A stretch of DNA of 64,000 nt from positions 1 to 64,000 of the forward strand of contig CBDDFZ010000002.1 of assembly GCA_965227515.1 (NCBI GenBank), in the 5' to 3' direction. Below the pieces are notes generated by a model. The model was not told the origin of the DNA, did not search any database, and saw nothing but the letters and a program-made list of their open reading frames with translations. The stretch comes from Alphaproteobacteria bacterium (GTDB lineage Bacteria > Pseudomonadota > Alphaproteobacteria > CALKHQ01). Position numbers and translations under genes: made by a program. Below are positions 1 to 10,312 of the stretch, piece by piece; the first letter of the stretch is position 1, and every line of letters begins with the position of its first letter.

Positions 1-1
1 G

Positions 2-421
2 GTCGACGGCGATGGAGTTGGCGGCAGCGGGGGAGAGGGGGGCGCCGGCGGTGCTGGCGAGGCCCTGGCGTCGGCCGACGAGGCGGCGGCGCTGGTGGCC
101 GGTCGCAGCGCCGCACCGCCGGCACCGGCGCCCACGCCCCGCGCGCCGCAGACCGCGCTGTCGCAGGCCTTCGCGGGCGACGAGGGCGAGGCCGCGCCGA
201 CCCGCACCACCGTGCAGGGCGGCCAGGTCAACCTGCAGCCGTCCGTGCTGTCCGCGCTGCTGGCGGCCAATGCCGTGGACTTGCCGGCCGCTGCTGGCGG
301 CGCTCAGGCTCAGGTCGGCATGAGCCTGAACGGCGTCGTGCGCCAGGTCGGCAACGGGGTCGCCATGACCGTCGGCGGCCAGGTCAGGTCCGGCGCCATG
401 CAGGCGGCTGCTGTCAACTAG
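2..421 (+). CDS. 3' part of a low-complexity Gly/Ala-rich hypothetical protein (truncated at window start)
   Basis: Frame of ORF 95..421 is open back to position 2 (VDGDGVGGSGGEGGAGGAGE...) with GC-rich third positions; ends at TAG 419-421, convergent with yggS. Confidence 0.55.
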   Translation, partial: VDGDGVGGSGGEGGAGGAGEALASADEAAALVAGRSAAPPAPAPTPRAPQTALSQAFAGDEGEAAPTRTTVQGGQVNLQPSVLSALLAANAVDLPAAAGGAQAQVGMSLNGVVRQVGNGVAMTVGGQVRSGAMQAAAVN

Positions 422-436
422 CTCAAGACAGACTAC

Positions 437-1123
437 CTAATGGGCGGCAACCGGCCGCCGTACGCCGAAGATCGCGGTGCCGACGCGCACATGGGTGGCG
501 CCCTGCTGGATCGCGGCCTCGAAGTCCGCACTCATCCCCATGCTCAGCCATTCCAGACCGTTGCGCCGGGCCAGTTCGGCGAGAAACGCGAAATAGGGGT
601 CGGGTTGCACGTCCGCCGGCGGTATGCACATCAGTCCGCGCACGGATAGCCCAAGGGTGTCGCGGCATTCCTGGATGAACGCGTCGGCGTCGGCTGGCGC
701 TATCCCGGACTTTTGCGCTTCCTCGCCCACATTGACCTGGATCAGGCAAGGGATATTCCGTCCGGCGCGCGCCATCTCTTCGGCCAGGGCGCGGGCCAGC
801 TTGGGGCGGTCCACCGACTCGATAACGTCGAAGTTGGCCACCGCCAACCGCACCTTGTTGGTTTGCAAGGGCCCGATCAGGTGCATCACAAGGTTCGGGC
901 ACATCGGGCGCACCTGGGCCAGCTTCTCGACAGCCTCCTGCACCCGGTTTTCGCCGAAGTGCCGTTGCCCGGCTTCATACGCGGCCACCACATCGGCGGC
1001 CGGTTTCGTCTTGCTGACGGCGACGAGCGTGATCGCGGCAGGATCGCGATCCACCGCGCGTGCGGCCGTCGCGATCTCGTCGCGGACCGCTTCAAGGTTG
1101 CGCTTGATCGAGCGCTCCGTCAT
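437..1123 (-). CDS. yggS: YggS/PLPBP pyridoxal phosphate homeostasis protein
   Basis: Motifs LVAVSKTKP, FGENRVQE, HLIGPLQTNK, GLMCIPP, LSMGMSADFE, GATHVRVGTAIFG; likely start MTERS at 1123. Confidence 0.95.
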   Translation of the reverse strand: MTERSIKRNLEAVRDEIATAARAVDRDPAAITLVAVSKTKPAADVVAAYEAGQRHFGENRVQEAVEKLAQVRPMCPNLVMHLIGPLQTNKVRLAVANFDVIESVDRPKLARALAEEMARAGRNIPCLIQVNVGEEAQKSGIAPADADAFIQECRDTLGLSVRGLMCIPPADVQPDPYFAFLAELARRNGLEWLSMGMSADFEAAIQQGATHVRVGTAIFGVRRPVAAH

Positions 1124-1262
1124 CGCCAGCCCCCAGGTTCCCTGCGCCGCCGCATCGCTGCCCCGCCGAATCGGCCGTTCGCGGTGGCGTCGCGGTTGGG
1201 AAAGGATGCCGGGTCGCGCCAGCCGCCATTTGCGTGTATATAAGCTACCCATCAACGGGCGG

Positions 1263-1280
1263 TGTGTCATATCTGACACA
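1263..1280. promoter_or_regulatory. Perfect inverted repeat TGTGTCA-N4-TGACACA, candidate operator in the yggS/porin divergent region
   Basis: Read directly from sequence; binding protein unknown. Confidence 0.35.
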
Positions 1281-1535
1281 AGTCGCGCTTGGCGGGGCCA
1301 AAAGTCTTGTCCCGTCAAGAGGTTATGGGGTGACACCCCAGACTGTTGCAGATTTGCCTCATTTTGGGGCAAATGTTGCGAAATGGCCACTGTAGCCGTT
1401 GTGGGGCCCCGGGAAATTGTGTTGTATGGGTCTCGGATGACGTCGCCACTGCGCTTGTGGTGTGTTCGGGCGACGGTCCCGAAGACAACTCAGACCTCGG
1501 CGACGGGGTTATGTGTAATCGGAGGTTGGACAAGT

Positions 1536-2702
1536 ATGAAAAAGACCCTGCTTTCCAGCTCGGCGATCGCTGGCGCAGCGTTGATTTCGGCACCGGCGCA
1601 AGCGTTCGTTGAGTCTGGCGACAATTTGACCGTTTCGCTGTCGGGCAGTTATCGGTTTTCGGTCATCGTGTATGACCAAGACGTACGCACCGGTACCGGT
1701 CGTGGCTACACCTTCCGCTCGGACGAGTCGGAAATTGCGGTGAGCTTCGACAACGTGGCGGACAACGGCCTCGAGTACGGCGGCGTCATCGAGATTGCGA
1801 CCCAGACCGACGACGGCAACAACGCCGACGAGACGTGGGCTTACCTGCGTGGCAACTGGGGCGAAATCAACATCGGTGACCAGGACGACGCGGCTGATCG
1901 TATGGCGATCGGCGGTGAGGACGCGATGGTTGGCCGTGGTGGTTACGACGGCGCCGTCGGTGACGTCTTCTTCCGCGGCGGTGTGTTCACCGGCCCGGGC
2001 GCGACGTTCACTGGTGACGCAACCAAGGCGACGTACTTCACCCCGCGCGTGTTCGGCTTCCAGGCCGGCGCCAGCTGGACCCCGGATTCGGGTCACGCCG
2101 GTGGCACCGCGGTCAACGATGACAACGACGCCAACGTTGAAAACGCCTACTCGTTGGGCTTGAACTTCAGCGAAGACTTCAACGGCTTCGGTGTGACCCT
2201 GGCTGGTACGTGGGTCGGCGGTGACGCCGAGTTCACCAACCCGGCTGGCGGTGCGGCCTTCGCTGCCGACATCGGTGACGCTGCCCAGTATCAGGTCGGT
2301 GCGCTGCTGTCGTACGCCGGTATCCGCCTCGGCGCCGCTTATGGCGGTGGCGACAACCTGGCCGCGGCCGTGGTTGGCGGTACCCTCGTCGAAGTTGACG
2401 CCGGTTACTGGTGGGACGTCGGCCTGAGCTACGGCACCGGCCCCTGGTCGCTCGGTGTTGGTGTGTTCATGGCTGAGGCCAACAACAACCACTTGGGTGT
2501 TGCTGGTGCTCCGGATACCACGACCGACATCTACTCGATCACGGCTGGCTACGACATCGCCCCCGGCATGTCGCTGGCGACCGACTTCAACTGGGTTGAA
2601 GCTGACAACCCCGGCCGTGTGGCTGCGCCGGTCGTCGGCTCCGCCACCCCGCCGTCGAACGACGGTTTCGTCTGGGTGGTCTCGACGATCTTCGGCTTCT
2701 AA
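1536..2702 (+). CDS. Outer-membrane porin (alphaproteobacterial general porin type)
   Basis: GGAGG RBS; signal peptide MKKTLLSSSAIAGAALISAPAQA; beta-strand pattern (ADNGLEYGG, YFTPRVFGFQAGASW); C-terminal Phe. Confidence 0.9.
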   Translation: MKKTLLSSSAIAGAALISAPAQAFVESGDNLTVSLSGSYRFSVIVYDQDVRTGTGRGYTFRSDESEIAVSFDNVADNGLEYGGVIEIATQTDDGNNADETWAYLRGNWGEINIGDQDDAADRMAIGGEDAMVGRGGYDGAVGDVFFRGGVFTGPGATFTGDATKATYFTPRVFGFQAGASWTPDSGHAGGTAVNDDNDANVENAYSLGLNFSEDFNGFGVTLAGTWVGGDAEFTNPAGGAAFAADIGDAAQYQVGALLSYAGIRLGAAYGGGDNLAAAVVGGTLVEVDAGYWWDVGLSYGTGPWSLGVGVFMAEANNNHLGVAGAPDTTTDIYSITAGYDIAPGMSLATDFNWVEADNPGRVAAPVVGSATPPSNDGFVWVVSTIFGF

Positions 2703-2727
2703 GCAAATCGTCCAGAGTTGGTTTGAG

Positions 2728-2759
2728 CGGGGCGGCCTTTCGGCCGCCCCGTTTCGTTT
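2728..2759 (+). terminator. Rho-independent terminator of the porin gene
   Basis: Stem CGGGGCGGCC-TTTC-GGCCGCCCCG followed by TTTCGTTT. Confidence 0.85.
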
Positions 2760-3019
2760 GTACTCCCGGCATTCGTTTGCACACCTGGGAATTTGTACCC
2801 GGGTGCGCTTGTATCCCGGCGGGTTTGGGAGCATCGATTGGCGCATCAACGGCCGATGCCAATAGCGATGACGCCAATGGCGCAGTTGACGGCATTGCCC
2901 TCGTATCCGGCGATAAAGTAGCCAGCGACAAATGCGCCGACGGGCTGGACGCTTTACAACCGGCCGGTGTTACATGACTGGCGATCGGCGGATCGCATCA
3001 CCACAACGGTCTGGAGCCC

Positions 3020-4279
3020 ATGTCAGCGCCGCACAGGCAGTCAAGCCAACCGAACGACTCAGCCGGGCTGCAAGAGGGTGCGGGCACCGGCGGCGCGCCG
3101 GTATTTCAGGACGCGTTGCGCCCGTGGACAGTCGACCGGTTCCTGGCCGAACAACGCACCCGGGCACCATTACATTTGTCCGGCCGCGACTGGGCCTATG
3201 ACCGGCTGATGAGCTGGGACGGCCTGAACGAACTCCTGAACATGACCGGCATCTGGAGTTCGTCGAGCCTGCAACTCGTCAGCAAGGGCCAGCCGATCCC
3301 CCCGCAAGCCTACTGCCGCACGGCGGTCGGCCGCGACGGCGGCGAGGTGGCCCAGCCCGATGCCCTGCGCGTCATGGAGCACCTCAAGCGCGGTGCCACG
3401 CTCATCGCCAACGACATCGACAGTCTGTCGCCGGCGTTGCGGCGCTTCGCCGACTCGATGGAGGCCGCGCTCGGCGGCAAGGTGCAGGCCAACCTCTATT
3501 GCTCGTGGGATGGGCACCAGGGCTTCGGGTCGCACTTCGACACCCATGAGGTCTACGCCCTCCATGTGGCGGGCGAAAAGGTATGGCGCGTCTATGAGGG
3601 CCGTCTCGACCGGCCGATCGCCCACCCCTACTTCCAGGAATTCGATGAGGACTACCATCGCGCGCACCGCGGCCCGGTGGTCATGGAGCCGTGCCTGCGG
3701 CCCGGTGACCTGCTGTATATCCCGCGTGGGCAGTATCACGATGCCACCGCCAACAGCGAGGGCACGATCCATATCGCGTTCGGTGTCACCTATCCCATCG
3801 GTCTCGACATCATGACGCTGCTACAGGACCTCGCGGTCAGCAACGGGCTTTTCCGGGAGGATTTGCCGCTCGCCAGCGTCGACTCTGACGGTTCCGCGCT
3901 GCGGCAACGCACCGATGAACTGGCCGCCGCGCTGCAAGACATATGCGCGTCACAGATGCTGCGCGATGGCCTGCGACGCATGCGCGATGGCATGCGCTAC
4001 GACCGCGGCGGGTTCGAGCTGCCGGTCTCCGCCCGCCCGGAATATCGGCGCGTCGCATCCGGATTGCGAGTCGTCCAGGCCAGTGGCACGTGGCTGCTGG
4101 AGTCGAAGAAGGGCCGATTACCGATCCCGGGCGGACTGGAGGATCTCGTGGCCTGGGTGGTCGAACGCGAGAGTTTCGATGGCAGCGCGCTGGCCGAAGC
4201 CTTCCCGGACCGGTCCCCGGCCGACCTGACCAAGTTCCTGAACGACATGCGCGGCATGCGCGTCATCGACGTCGCATGA
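3020..4279 (+). CDS. JmjC/cupin-4 (YcfD/RoxA-like) Fe(II)/2OG protein hydroxylase
   Basis: ANLYCS...GFGSHFDTHEVYALHVAGEKVW (HxD) and LRPGDLLYIPRGQYHDA (distal His). Confidence 0.85.
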   Translation: MSAPHRQSSQPNDSAGLQEGAGTGGAPVFQDALRPWTVDRFLAEQRTRAPLHLSGRDWAYDRLMSWDGLNELLNMTGIWSSSSLQLVSKGQPIPPQAYCRTAVGRDGGEVAQPDALRVMEHLKRGATLIANDIDSLSPALRRFADSMEAALGGKVQANLYCSWDGHQGFGSHFDTHEVYALHVAGEKVWRVYEGRLDRPIAHPYFQEFDEDYHRAHRGPVVMEPCLRPGDLLYIPRGQYHDATANSEGTIHIAFGVTYPIGLDIMTLLQDLAVSNGLFREDLPLASVDSDGSALRQRTDELAAALQDICASQMLRDGLRRMRDGMRYDRGGFELPVSARPEYRRVASGLRVVQASGTWLLESKKGRLPIPGGLEDLVAWVVERESFDGSALAEAFPDRSPADLTKFLNDMRGMRVIDVA

Positions 4280-4316
4280 CGTCCACGCCTGTCGTCTTCA
4301 CACAGTAGGCGCGGCG

Positions 4317-6242
4317 GTGCCGGGCGACGCCGTCCAGGCCATGCTCGCGGCGTGGCGTGCGGGTGACACGGCTGGGGCGCAAACCCTCGCACGCGAGATC
4401 CTGGAGCGCGATCCCGCGCAGCCACAGGCGCTGCAACTCTTGGCGGCAAGCGCCAGCGCCACCGGCGACTGGGCAACGGCGGCGGCGCACCTGGCGCGCG
4501 CGGCCGCGGTCCTGCCCGACAATTCCGCCATCCAATTCAGCCACGCCGACGCGCTGCGCCGTGCCGGCGACATGGCGGCGGCCATCCAGGTCCTCGACAC
4601 CCTCCTCGCGCATCACGCCGACCATGTTCCCGCACTGGTAACACTCGCTCAACTGATCGACCGCGGCACCCGCGCCGGTGAGGCGATCGTCCTTCTCGAC
4701 CGTGCTGTGGCGCGGGCGCCAAACGACCCGAAACCCCTGGTCGCGCGGGGCAAGGCGCGGCTGGCGCGCGGCAATCCCGACGGCGTTCAGGACCTGGCGC
4801 GCGCCTGTCGGCTGGCACCGGCCCTGGCCGCGGTGCATCTGGAGCACGGGCTTGCGCTGGCTGAACGGGGCCAGCACGAACAGGCAGAGGCGGCGTTACG
4901 CCGTGCCGTGGAGCGCGACCCCGCCCTTGTCGCCGGCCATGTCGCGCTGGCCAAGCTCGCCATGCTGCGCCGCGCGGCCAGCGACGCCGAGGCACGCTGC
5001 CGCGCCGCCCTGGATCATGCTGCCGACCATCCCGAGGCGCTGGCGCTGCTGGCACAGGCCCTTCGCGACCAACGGCGCGACGGAGAGGCGCGCCAGGCCG
5101 CCGAGCGCGCGCTGGCCGCCGCCCCGGCTCAACCGCTTGCCCGGCTGGTCGATGCCCAACTCCGGCGCGCGGCGGGCGACGCCAGCGATGCCCGCGCCCG
5201 GCTCGCCGCGCTTGTGGCTGACGATCCGCCGGGCGTGGTGGCCATAGAGGCGCTCACCGAACTCGGCCACGCCGAGGACGCGCTCGGCGCCTACGAAGCC
5301 GCCTTCGCCCATTTCACCGAGGCCAATCGCCGGGCCGAAGCCGGCAGCGGCATTGTGGCGGCCGAGCACAACCGCCTGCCGCGCCGGATTGACGGCATGC
5401 ACCGCTGCCTCAATGGGCCAGGGGCAGCCGCCGACCCGCCGGTCGACCGTGCGCCGGTGTTCGTGGTCGGCTTCCCGCGCTCCGGCACGACGCTGATCGA
5501 GCACCTGCTGGCCAGCCATGGCGGTTTCGCCGTCAGCGACGAGGAACCGATCGTCAGCCGGGTCGCCCGCAGCCTGTGTCTGGACGACCCGTCCCGGCTT
5601 GCCGCCTTGACCGCTGCCCAACTTGGCGCGGCGCGCGACGACTATTGGGCGCAGGCACGTGCCTGCCGGCCGGAGGTCGGTACCGGCACGCCATTCGTCG
5701 ACAAGCAGCCGTGGAACCTGATCGAGCTGCCGTTCATCGCCCGCCTGTTTCCCGGCGCCAAGGTGGTCGCGATGATCCGCGATCCGCGCGATGCCTGCCT
5801 CAGCGCCTTCATGCAGTATTTCACGCTGAACCCGGGCACCATCCATTTCACCCGGCTGGACCGGACGGCGGCGTTGTATCGCCGGATGATGGGTCTGTGG
5901 CAGCGCATGGCCGGCGCCCTGCCGCTGGACATGCGCGCGGTGCGCTACGAGGACTTGGTGGCGAACCCCGGCGCGGTGCTGCCGGGGGTGCTGGCGTTCC
6001 TGAATGCCGCGCCGGGCGTTGGCGGTGCCACACAACCGCTGGACCAGGCAGCAGGCGCCGCCGACCGCGCCATCAGCACGCCGAGTCGCGACGCGGTCAG
6101 TGGCCGCGTTACCCAACGCGCGGTTGGGCGCTGGCGGCACTATGCCCGGCAGCTCGGCCCGGTGCTGTCGGAGCTGGCGCCCTTCGTTGCCGCGTTCGGG
6201 TATGAGCCCGGTGAGGAAGCCGCGCCACCGTCAAGCCAATAA
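4317..6242 (+). CDS. TPR-repeat-containing sulfotransferase
   Basis: N-terminal Ala/Leu-rich TPR repeats; PAPS-binding loop VFVVGFPRSGTTL; FVDKQP, RDPRDACLS, VRYEDLV, GRWRHY. Confidence 0.9.
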   Translation: MPGDAVQAMLAAWRAGDTAGAQTLAREILERDPAQPQALQLLAASASATGDWATAAAHLARAAAVLPDNSAIQFSHADALRRAGDMAAAIQVLDTLLAHHADHVPALVTLAQLIDRGTRAGEAIVLLDRAVARAPNDPKPLVARGKARLARGNPDGVQDLARACRLAPALAAVHLEHGLALAERGQHEQAEAALRRAVERDPALVAGHVALAKLAMLRRAASDAEARCRAALDHAADHPEALALLAQALRDQRRDGEARQAAERALAAAPAQPLARLVDAQLRRAAGDASDARARLAALVADDPPGVVAIEALTELGHAEDALGAYEAAFAHFTEANRRAEAGSGIVAAEHNRLPRRIDGMHRCLNGPGAAADPPVDRAPVFVVGFPRSGTTLIEHLLASHGGFAVSDEEPIVSRVARSLCLDDPSRLAALTAAQLGAARDDYWAQARACRPEVGTGTPFVDKQPWNLIELPFIARLFPGAKVVAMIRDPRDACLSAFMQYFTLNPGTIHFTRLDRTAALYRRMMGLWQRMAGALPLDMRAVRYEDLVANPGAVLPGVLAFLNAAPGVGGATQPLDQAAGAADRAISTPSRDAVSGRVTQRAVGRWRHYARQLGPVLSELAPFVAAFGYEPGEEAAPPSSQ

Positions 6243-6365
6243 GCCGCATCCAAATCTTGCCGCATTTGCGGACGATGCGAACCATATGTACATTGAGTGA
6301 AATTTCGAGCCGGGCCGCGGTGGGGAGCCGCTGGCGGGGATGGGCTCTGGAATGCGAGGGAATCC

Positions 6366-6902
6366 ATGATCATTTCAGGTTGGCGCGGCAAGCAGCTCGC
6401 GCTGGTCGCTTTGGCCGCTAGCGTGCTGGCGGGGTGTGCGGACAATCCAAACGTCGTCCTGGACCGCGACATGAGGACCGGCGAGGAACGCCGTGACGAT
6501 GTCGGTAAGCTGTTCGGCGACATCCTGCTGTTCACCACGGCGCCCGACCGTGATGTCGACGAGGGCGCCACTGGCGTGCCGGTCAACAGCTATCTGTGGC
6601 GCGCGGCACTCGACACCATCGCCTTCATGCCGATCAGCAACGCCGATCCGTTCGGTGGGCTGATCCTGACCGATTGGTACACGCCGCCGGAGACGCCGGA
6701 AGAGCGGCTGAAGATGAACGTACTGATCCTGACCCGTCAGCTTCGGGCAGACGGCATTCAGGTCTCGGTGTTCCGTCAGGTCCTTAACGACTCCGGCGAC
6801 TGGGTGGACCAGGTGGTCGACCCGGAGACTGCGGTCGCGGTGGAGAATGCGATCCTGTCGCGGGCCCGCCAGTTGCGCGTCGCGGCGACCGCGACCGAAT
6901 AG
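6366..6902 (+). CDS. DUF3576 family lipoprotein
   Basis: Lipobox LAGC; VNSYLWRAALDTIAFMP...DPFGGLILTDWY; usual position upstream of leuS. Confidence 0.85.
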   Translation: MIISGWRGKQLALVALAASVLAGCADNPNVVLDRDMRTGEERRDDVGKLFGDILLFTTAPDRDVDEGATGVPVNSYLWRAALDTIAFMPISNADPFGGLILTDWYTPPETPEERLKMNVLILTRQLRADGIQVSVFRQVLNDSGDWVDQVVDPETAVAVENAILSRARQLRVAATATE

Positions 6903-7080
6903 GGCTCGCCGCACGCTCCGGAATTCGGGGCCTTGGCCTGGCATTTCGGCCCGGCGTGGCCGTGCCCGGGCGCGTCGGGCAATTGCGTGGGCGGGTGATC
7001 TCCTCTAGTAAGGCTGCGCCCCGCGTGCGCGGGGTGCCTTGCACTCGAGACATGGCCCGCCAGCCGGGCCGGACCCGCCC

Positions 7081-9642
7081 ATGAGCAGATACAATTTCCG
7101 CGAAGCCGAAGCCCGCTGGCAGAAGACCTGGACCGAGCGCGAGAGCTTCACCGTCCGCACCGATCCGGATCGGCGCAAATGCTACGTGCTGGAGATGTTT
7201 CCCTATCCCTCCGGCCGCATCCATATGGGCCATGTCCGCAACTACACCATGGGCGACGTGGTGGCGCGCTACCGCCGCGCGCGCGGCGACAACGTGCTGC
7301 ACCCGATGGGGTGGGACGCGTTCGGGCTGCCGGCCGAGAACGCCGCCATCGAGCGCAACATCCACCCCGCGGAGTGGACCTACGCCAACATCGCCACCAT
7401 GCGCGGGCAGTTGCAGAAGCTGGGCTTCTCGCTCGACTGGTCGCGCGAGGTGGCGACCTGCCACCCCGGCTACTACGAGCAGCAGCAGCGCATGTTCCTG
7501 GCGTTCCTGGAGCGCGATCTGGTCTACCAGACCGAGTCGTGGGTCAATTGGGACCCGGTCGACAACACCGTGCTGGCCAACGAGCAGGTGATCGACGGCT
7601 GCGGCTGGCGCTCCGGCGCGCCGGTGGAACGGCGCAAGCTGGTGCAGTGGTTCTTTCGCATCAGCGACATGAGCGAGGATCTGCTGCAGGCGCTGGAGGG
7701 GCTGGACCGCTGGCCCGCCAAGGTGCGGCTGATGCAGGAGCGGTGGATCGGCCGGTCGGTCGGCGCCACCATGCATTTCGATATCGAGGGCAGGGACGAA
7801 CGCCTGAGCGTGTTCACCACCCGGCCCGACACCATCTTCGGCGCCTCGTTCTGCGCCATCGCGGCCGACCATCCGCTGGCCGAGGAACTGGCCGCCGACG
7901 ATCCAGCGGTCGCCGCGTTCATCGCCGAGTGCCGGCAGGGCGGCACCACCGAGGAAGAGATCGAGCGCGGCGAGAAGCGCGGGCTCGACACCGGCCTGCG
8001 CGCGCTGCACCCGTTCCTGCCGGGCCAGACGCTGCCGGTCTACATCGCCAACTTCGTGCTGATGTCCTATGGCACCGGCGCCATCTTCGGCTGCCCGGCG
8101 CACGACCAGCGCGACCTGGACTTCGCCCGTGCCTACGACCTGCCAGTGCATCCGGTGGTGATCCCGCCGGATGCCGACCCGGCCACGTTCGAAGTCGGTA
8201 ACGAGGCCTATAACGGCCCCGGCAACCTGGGCAACTCCCAGTTCCTGGACGGCATGGCGGTGGAGGAGGCCAAGCAGGCCATCGTCGACCGGCTGGCGTC
8301 GATCGGCGCCGGCGAAGGCGCCATCAGCTACCGCCTGCGCGACTGGGGCATCTCGCGCCAGCGCTATTGGGGGTGTCCGATCCCGGTGGTGCATTGCGAC
8401 GCCTGCGGCGTGGTGCCGGTGCCTGACGACCAACTGCCGGTGCGCCTGCCCGAGGATGTCAGCTTCGACGTGCCCGGCAACCCGCTGGACCTGCACCCGA
8501 CCTGGAAGCATGTCGACTGCCCGAAGTGCGGCAAGCCCGCGGTGCGCGACACCGACACCATGGACACCTTCGTCGATTCGTCCTGGTACTTCGCACGCTT
8601 CTGCTCGCCCAGGTCCGACCGGCCGGTGGACCAGGCCGACGTGAACTATTGGCTGCCGGTCGACCAGTACATCGGCGGCATCGAGCACGCGATCCTGCAC
8701 CTGCTCTATTCGCGCTTCTTCACCCGCGCCATGCATCGCGCCGACCTGGTGGAGATCGACGAGCCCTTCAGCGGCCTGTTCACCCAGGGCATGGTCTGCC
8801 ACGAGACCTACCGCGATGCCGGCGGGGCATGGCTGTTCCCCGAGGAGATCGACAAGCAGGCCGACGGCGGTGCCGTGCACGCCAAGACCGGCGCCCCGGT
8901 AACGGTCGGGCGCTCGGAGTCGATGTCGAAGTCGAAGCGCAACGTCGTCGACCCGGAAACCATCACCGAACGCTACGGTGCCGATACGGCCCGCTGGTTC
9001 GTCATGTCCGACAGCCCGCCCGAGCGCGACATGGAATGGACCGACGCCGGCGTGGAGGGCGCGTTCCGCTTCGTCAACCGGGTCTGGCGCCTGGTTGAGG
9101 ACGGCATTGCGGCCACCGATGCCGGCGACACCGCACACGATGACGGCGATGACACGGCGCTGGAGCTGCGCCGGGTCACCCACAAGACCATCGCCGGGGT
9201 GACCGAGGACATCGACCGCTTCCGGTTCAACCGGGCGGTCGCGCGCATGTACGAGTTCGTCAATGCCTTGCAGGGGATGACGCCGGAGACGCCGGCGCAG
9301 CGCGCCGCGGTGCGCGAGGCCCTGAATGCGCTGACCCTGCTGATCAATCCGATGATGCCGCACTTGGCCGAATCGCTGTGGGAAATGCTGGGCCACGAGA
9401 CCCTGGCCGTGGACACGGATTGGCCGCAGGCCGACCCGGCCATGCTGGTGGACGACACGGTCCGCGTCGCCGTGCAGGTCAACGGCAAGCTGAAGGGCAC
9501 GCTGGATGTGGCGCGCGACGCCGACAAGGGCGAGGTGGAAAAGGCGGCGCTGGCGATCGACAATGTCATCCGCGCGATCGGCGAGAAGGCGGTGCGCAAG
9601 GTGATCGTGGTGCCGAACCGCATTGTCAACGTGGTGATATGA
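7081..9642 (+). CDS. leuS: Leucine--tRNA ligase
   Basis: [15 protein letters not shown] (HIGH), [18 protein letters not shown] (KMSKS), VQVNGK, C-terminal IVNVV. Confidence 0.98.
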   Translation: MSRYNFREAEARWQKTWTERESFTVRTDPDRRKCYVLEMFPYPSGRIHMGHVRNYTMGDVVARYRRARGDNVLHPMGWDAFGLPAENAAIERNIHPAEWTYANIATMRGQLQKLGFSLDWSREVATCHPGYYEQQQRMFLAFLERDLVYQTESWVNWDPVDNTVLANEQVIDGCGWRSGAPVERRKLVQWFFRISDMSEDLLQALEGLDRWPAKVRLMQERWIGRSVGATMHFDIEGRDERLSVFTTRPDTIFGASFCAIAADHPLAEELAADDPAVAAFIAECRQGGTTEEEIERGEKRGLDTGLRALHPFLPGQTLPVYIANFVLMSYGTGAIFGCPAHDQRDLDFARAYDLPVHPVVIPPDADPATFEVGNEAYNGPGNLGNSQFLDGMAVEEAKQAIVDRLASIGAGEGAISYRLRDWGISRQRYWGCPIPVVHCDACGVVPVPDDQLPVRLPEDVSFDVPGNPLDLHPTWKHVDCPKCGKPAVRDTDTMDTFVDSSWYFARFCSPRSDRPVDQADVNYWLPVDQYIGGIEHAILHLLYSRFFTRAMHRADLVEIDEPFSGLFTQGMVCHETYRDAGGAWLFPEEIDKQADGGAVHAKTGAPVTVGRSESMSKSKRNVVDPETITERYGADTARWFVMSDSPPERDMEWTDAGVEGAFRFVNRVWRLVEDGIAATDAGDTAHDDGDDTALELRRVTHKTIAGVTEDIDRFRFNRAVARMYEFVNALQGMTPETPAQRAAVREALNALTLLINPMMPHLAESLWEMLGHETLAVDTDWPQADPAMLVDDTVRVAVQVNGKLKGTLDVARDADKGEVEKAALAIDNVIRAIGEKAVRKVIVVPNRIVNVVI

Positions 9643-10187
9643 GCGCTGTAGGCACCCGACACTTGGCACATCTGATCCGCGGGCTGGCCGCCGTCGGGCT
9701 GCTGGCGCTCGCCGGCTGCGGCTTCAAGCCGCTGTACGGCGATGTCGCGGGGTCGGTGCCGGTGGCCGCCCTTCAGTCGGTCGAGATCGGGCTGATCGAG
9801 GACCGGACGGGCCAACAGATGCGCAACCAGTTGCTGGCCCGCATCGGCGATCCGCAGCCCGGTGTCGAGACCCGCTATCTGATGGACGTGGAGCTGCGGC
9901 AGAGCACCATCGGCCTGGCGGTGGCGCGCGATTCGACCGCCACGCGCGTCAACCTCACCCTGATCGCCGACGTGGTCGTGACCCGCCTGGAAGATGGCGA
10001 GATCGCGCTGCTGCGCACGCTCTATGCCTATTCCAGCTACAACGTGCTGGCGGAAGAGTTCGCCACCAGCAGCGCCGAGCGCGATGCCCAGGAGCGCGCC
10101 TCGCGCGAGTTGGCCGACCGCATCATCAACGAGCTCGGCCTCTTCCTGCAGCGCGAGCGGGCGCAGACGACCACAGCTTCGAACTAG
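9639..10187 (+). CDS. lptE: LPS assembly lipoprotein LptE
   Basis: ATGA overlap with leuS; lipobox [11 protein letters not shown]; leuS-lptE-holA synteny. Confidence 0.88.
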   Translation: MSAVGTRHLAHLIRGLAAVGLLALAGCGFKPLYGDVAGSVPVAALQSVEIGLIEDRTGQQMRNQLLARIGDPQPGVETRYLMDVELRQSTIGLAVARDSTATRVNLTLIADVVVTRLEDGEIALLRTLYAYSSYNVLAEEFATSSAERDAQERASRELADRIINELGLFLQRERAQTTTASN

Positions 10188-10312
10188 AGTGCTTGTCAGT
10201 TGATCTGCGCCAGCCCACACCCCCACCCGGCCACCCAGACAGGATACTACCGTTGGGCGGCCGGGAGGGGGTGTGGGCCGGTGCCGACTCAGCGCAAGCG
10301 AAAAACGATCTA
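10185..10312. mobile_element. MITE-like element with degenerate terminal inverted repeats, internal GC-rich hairpin and TA flanks
   Basis: TAGAGTGCTTGTCAGTTGATCTG ... CAGCGCAAGCGAAAAACGATCTA; internal stem CCCACACCCCCACCCGGCC / GGCCGGGAGGGGGTGTGGG. Confidence 0.65.

Noticed and set aside
2760-3019. Small ORFs before the JmjC gene as RiPP precursor peptides
   Set aside because: No convincing RBS, leader/core pattern or coding bias.
6784-9669. Long antisense ORFs such as 6784..9669, 43340..45820 and 56811..60236
   Set aside because: They are shadow frames opposite well-supported genes, expected at high GC, and have no recognisable motifs.
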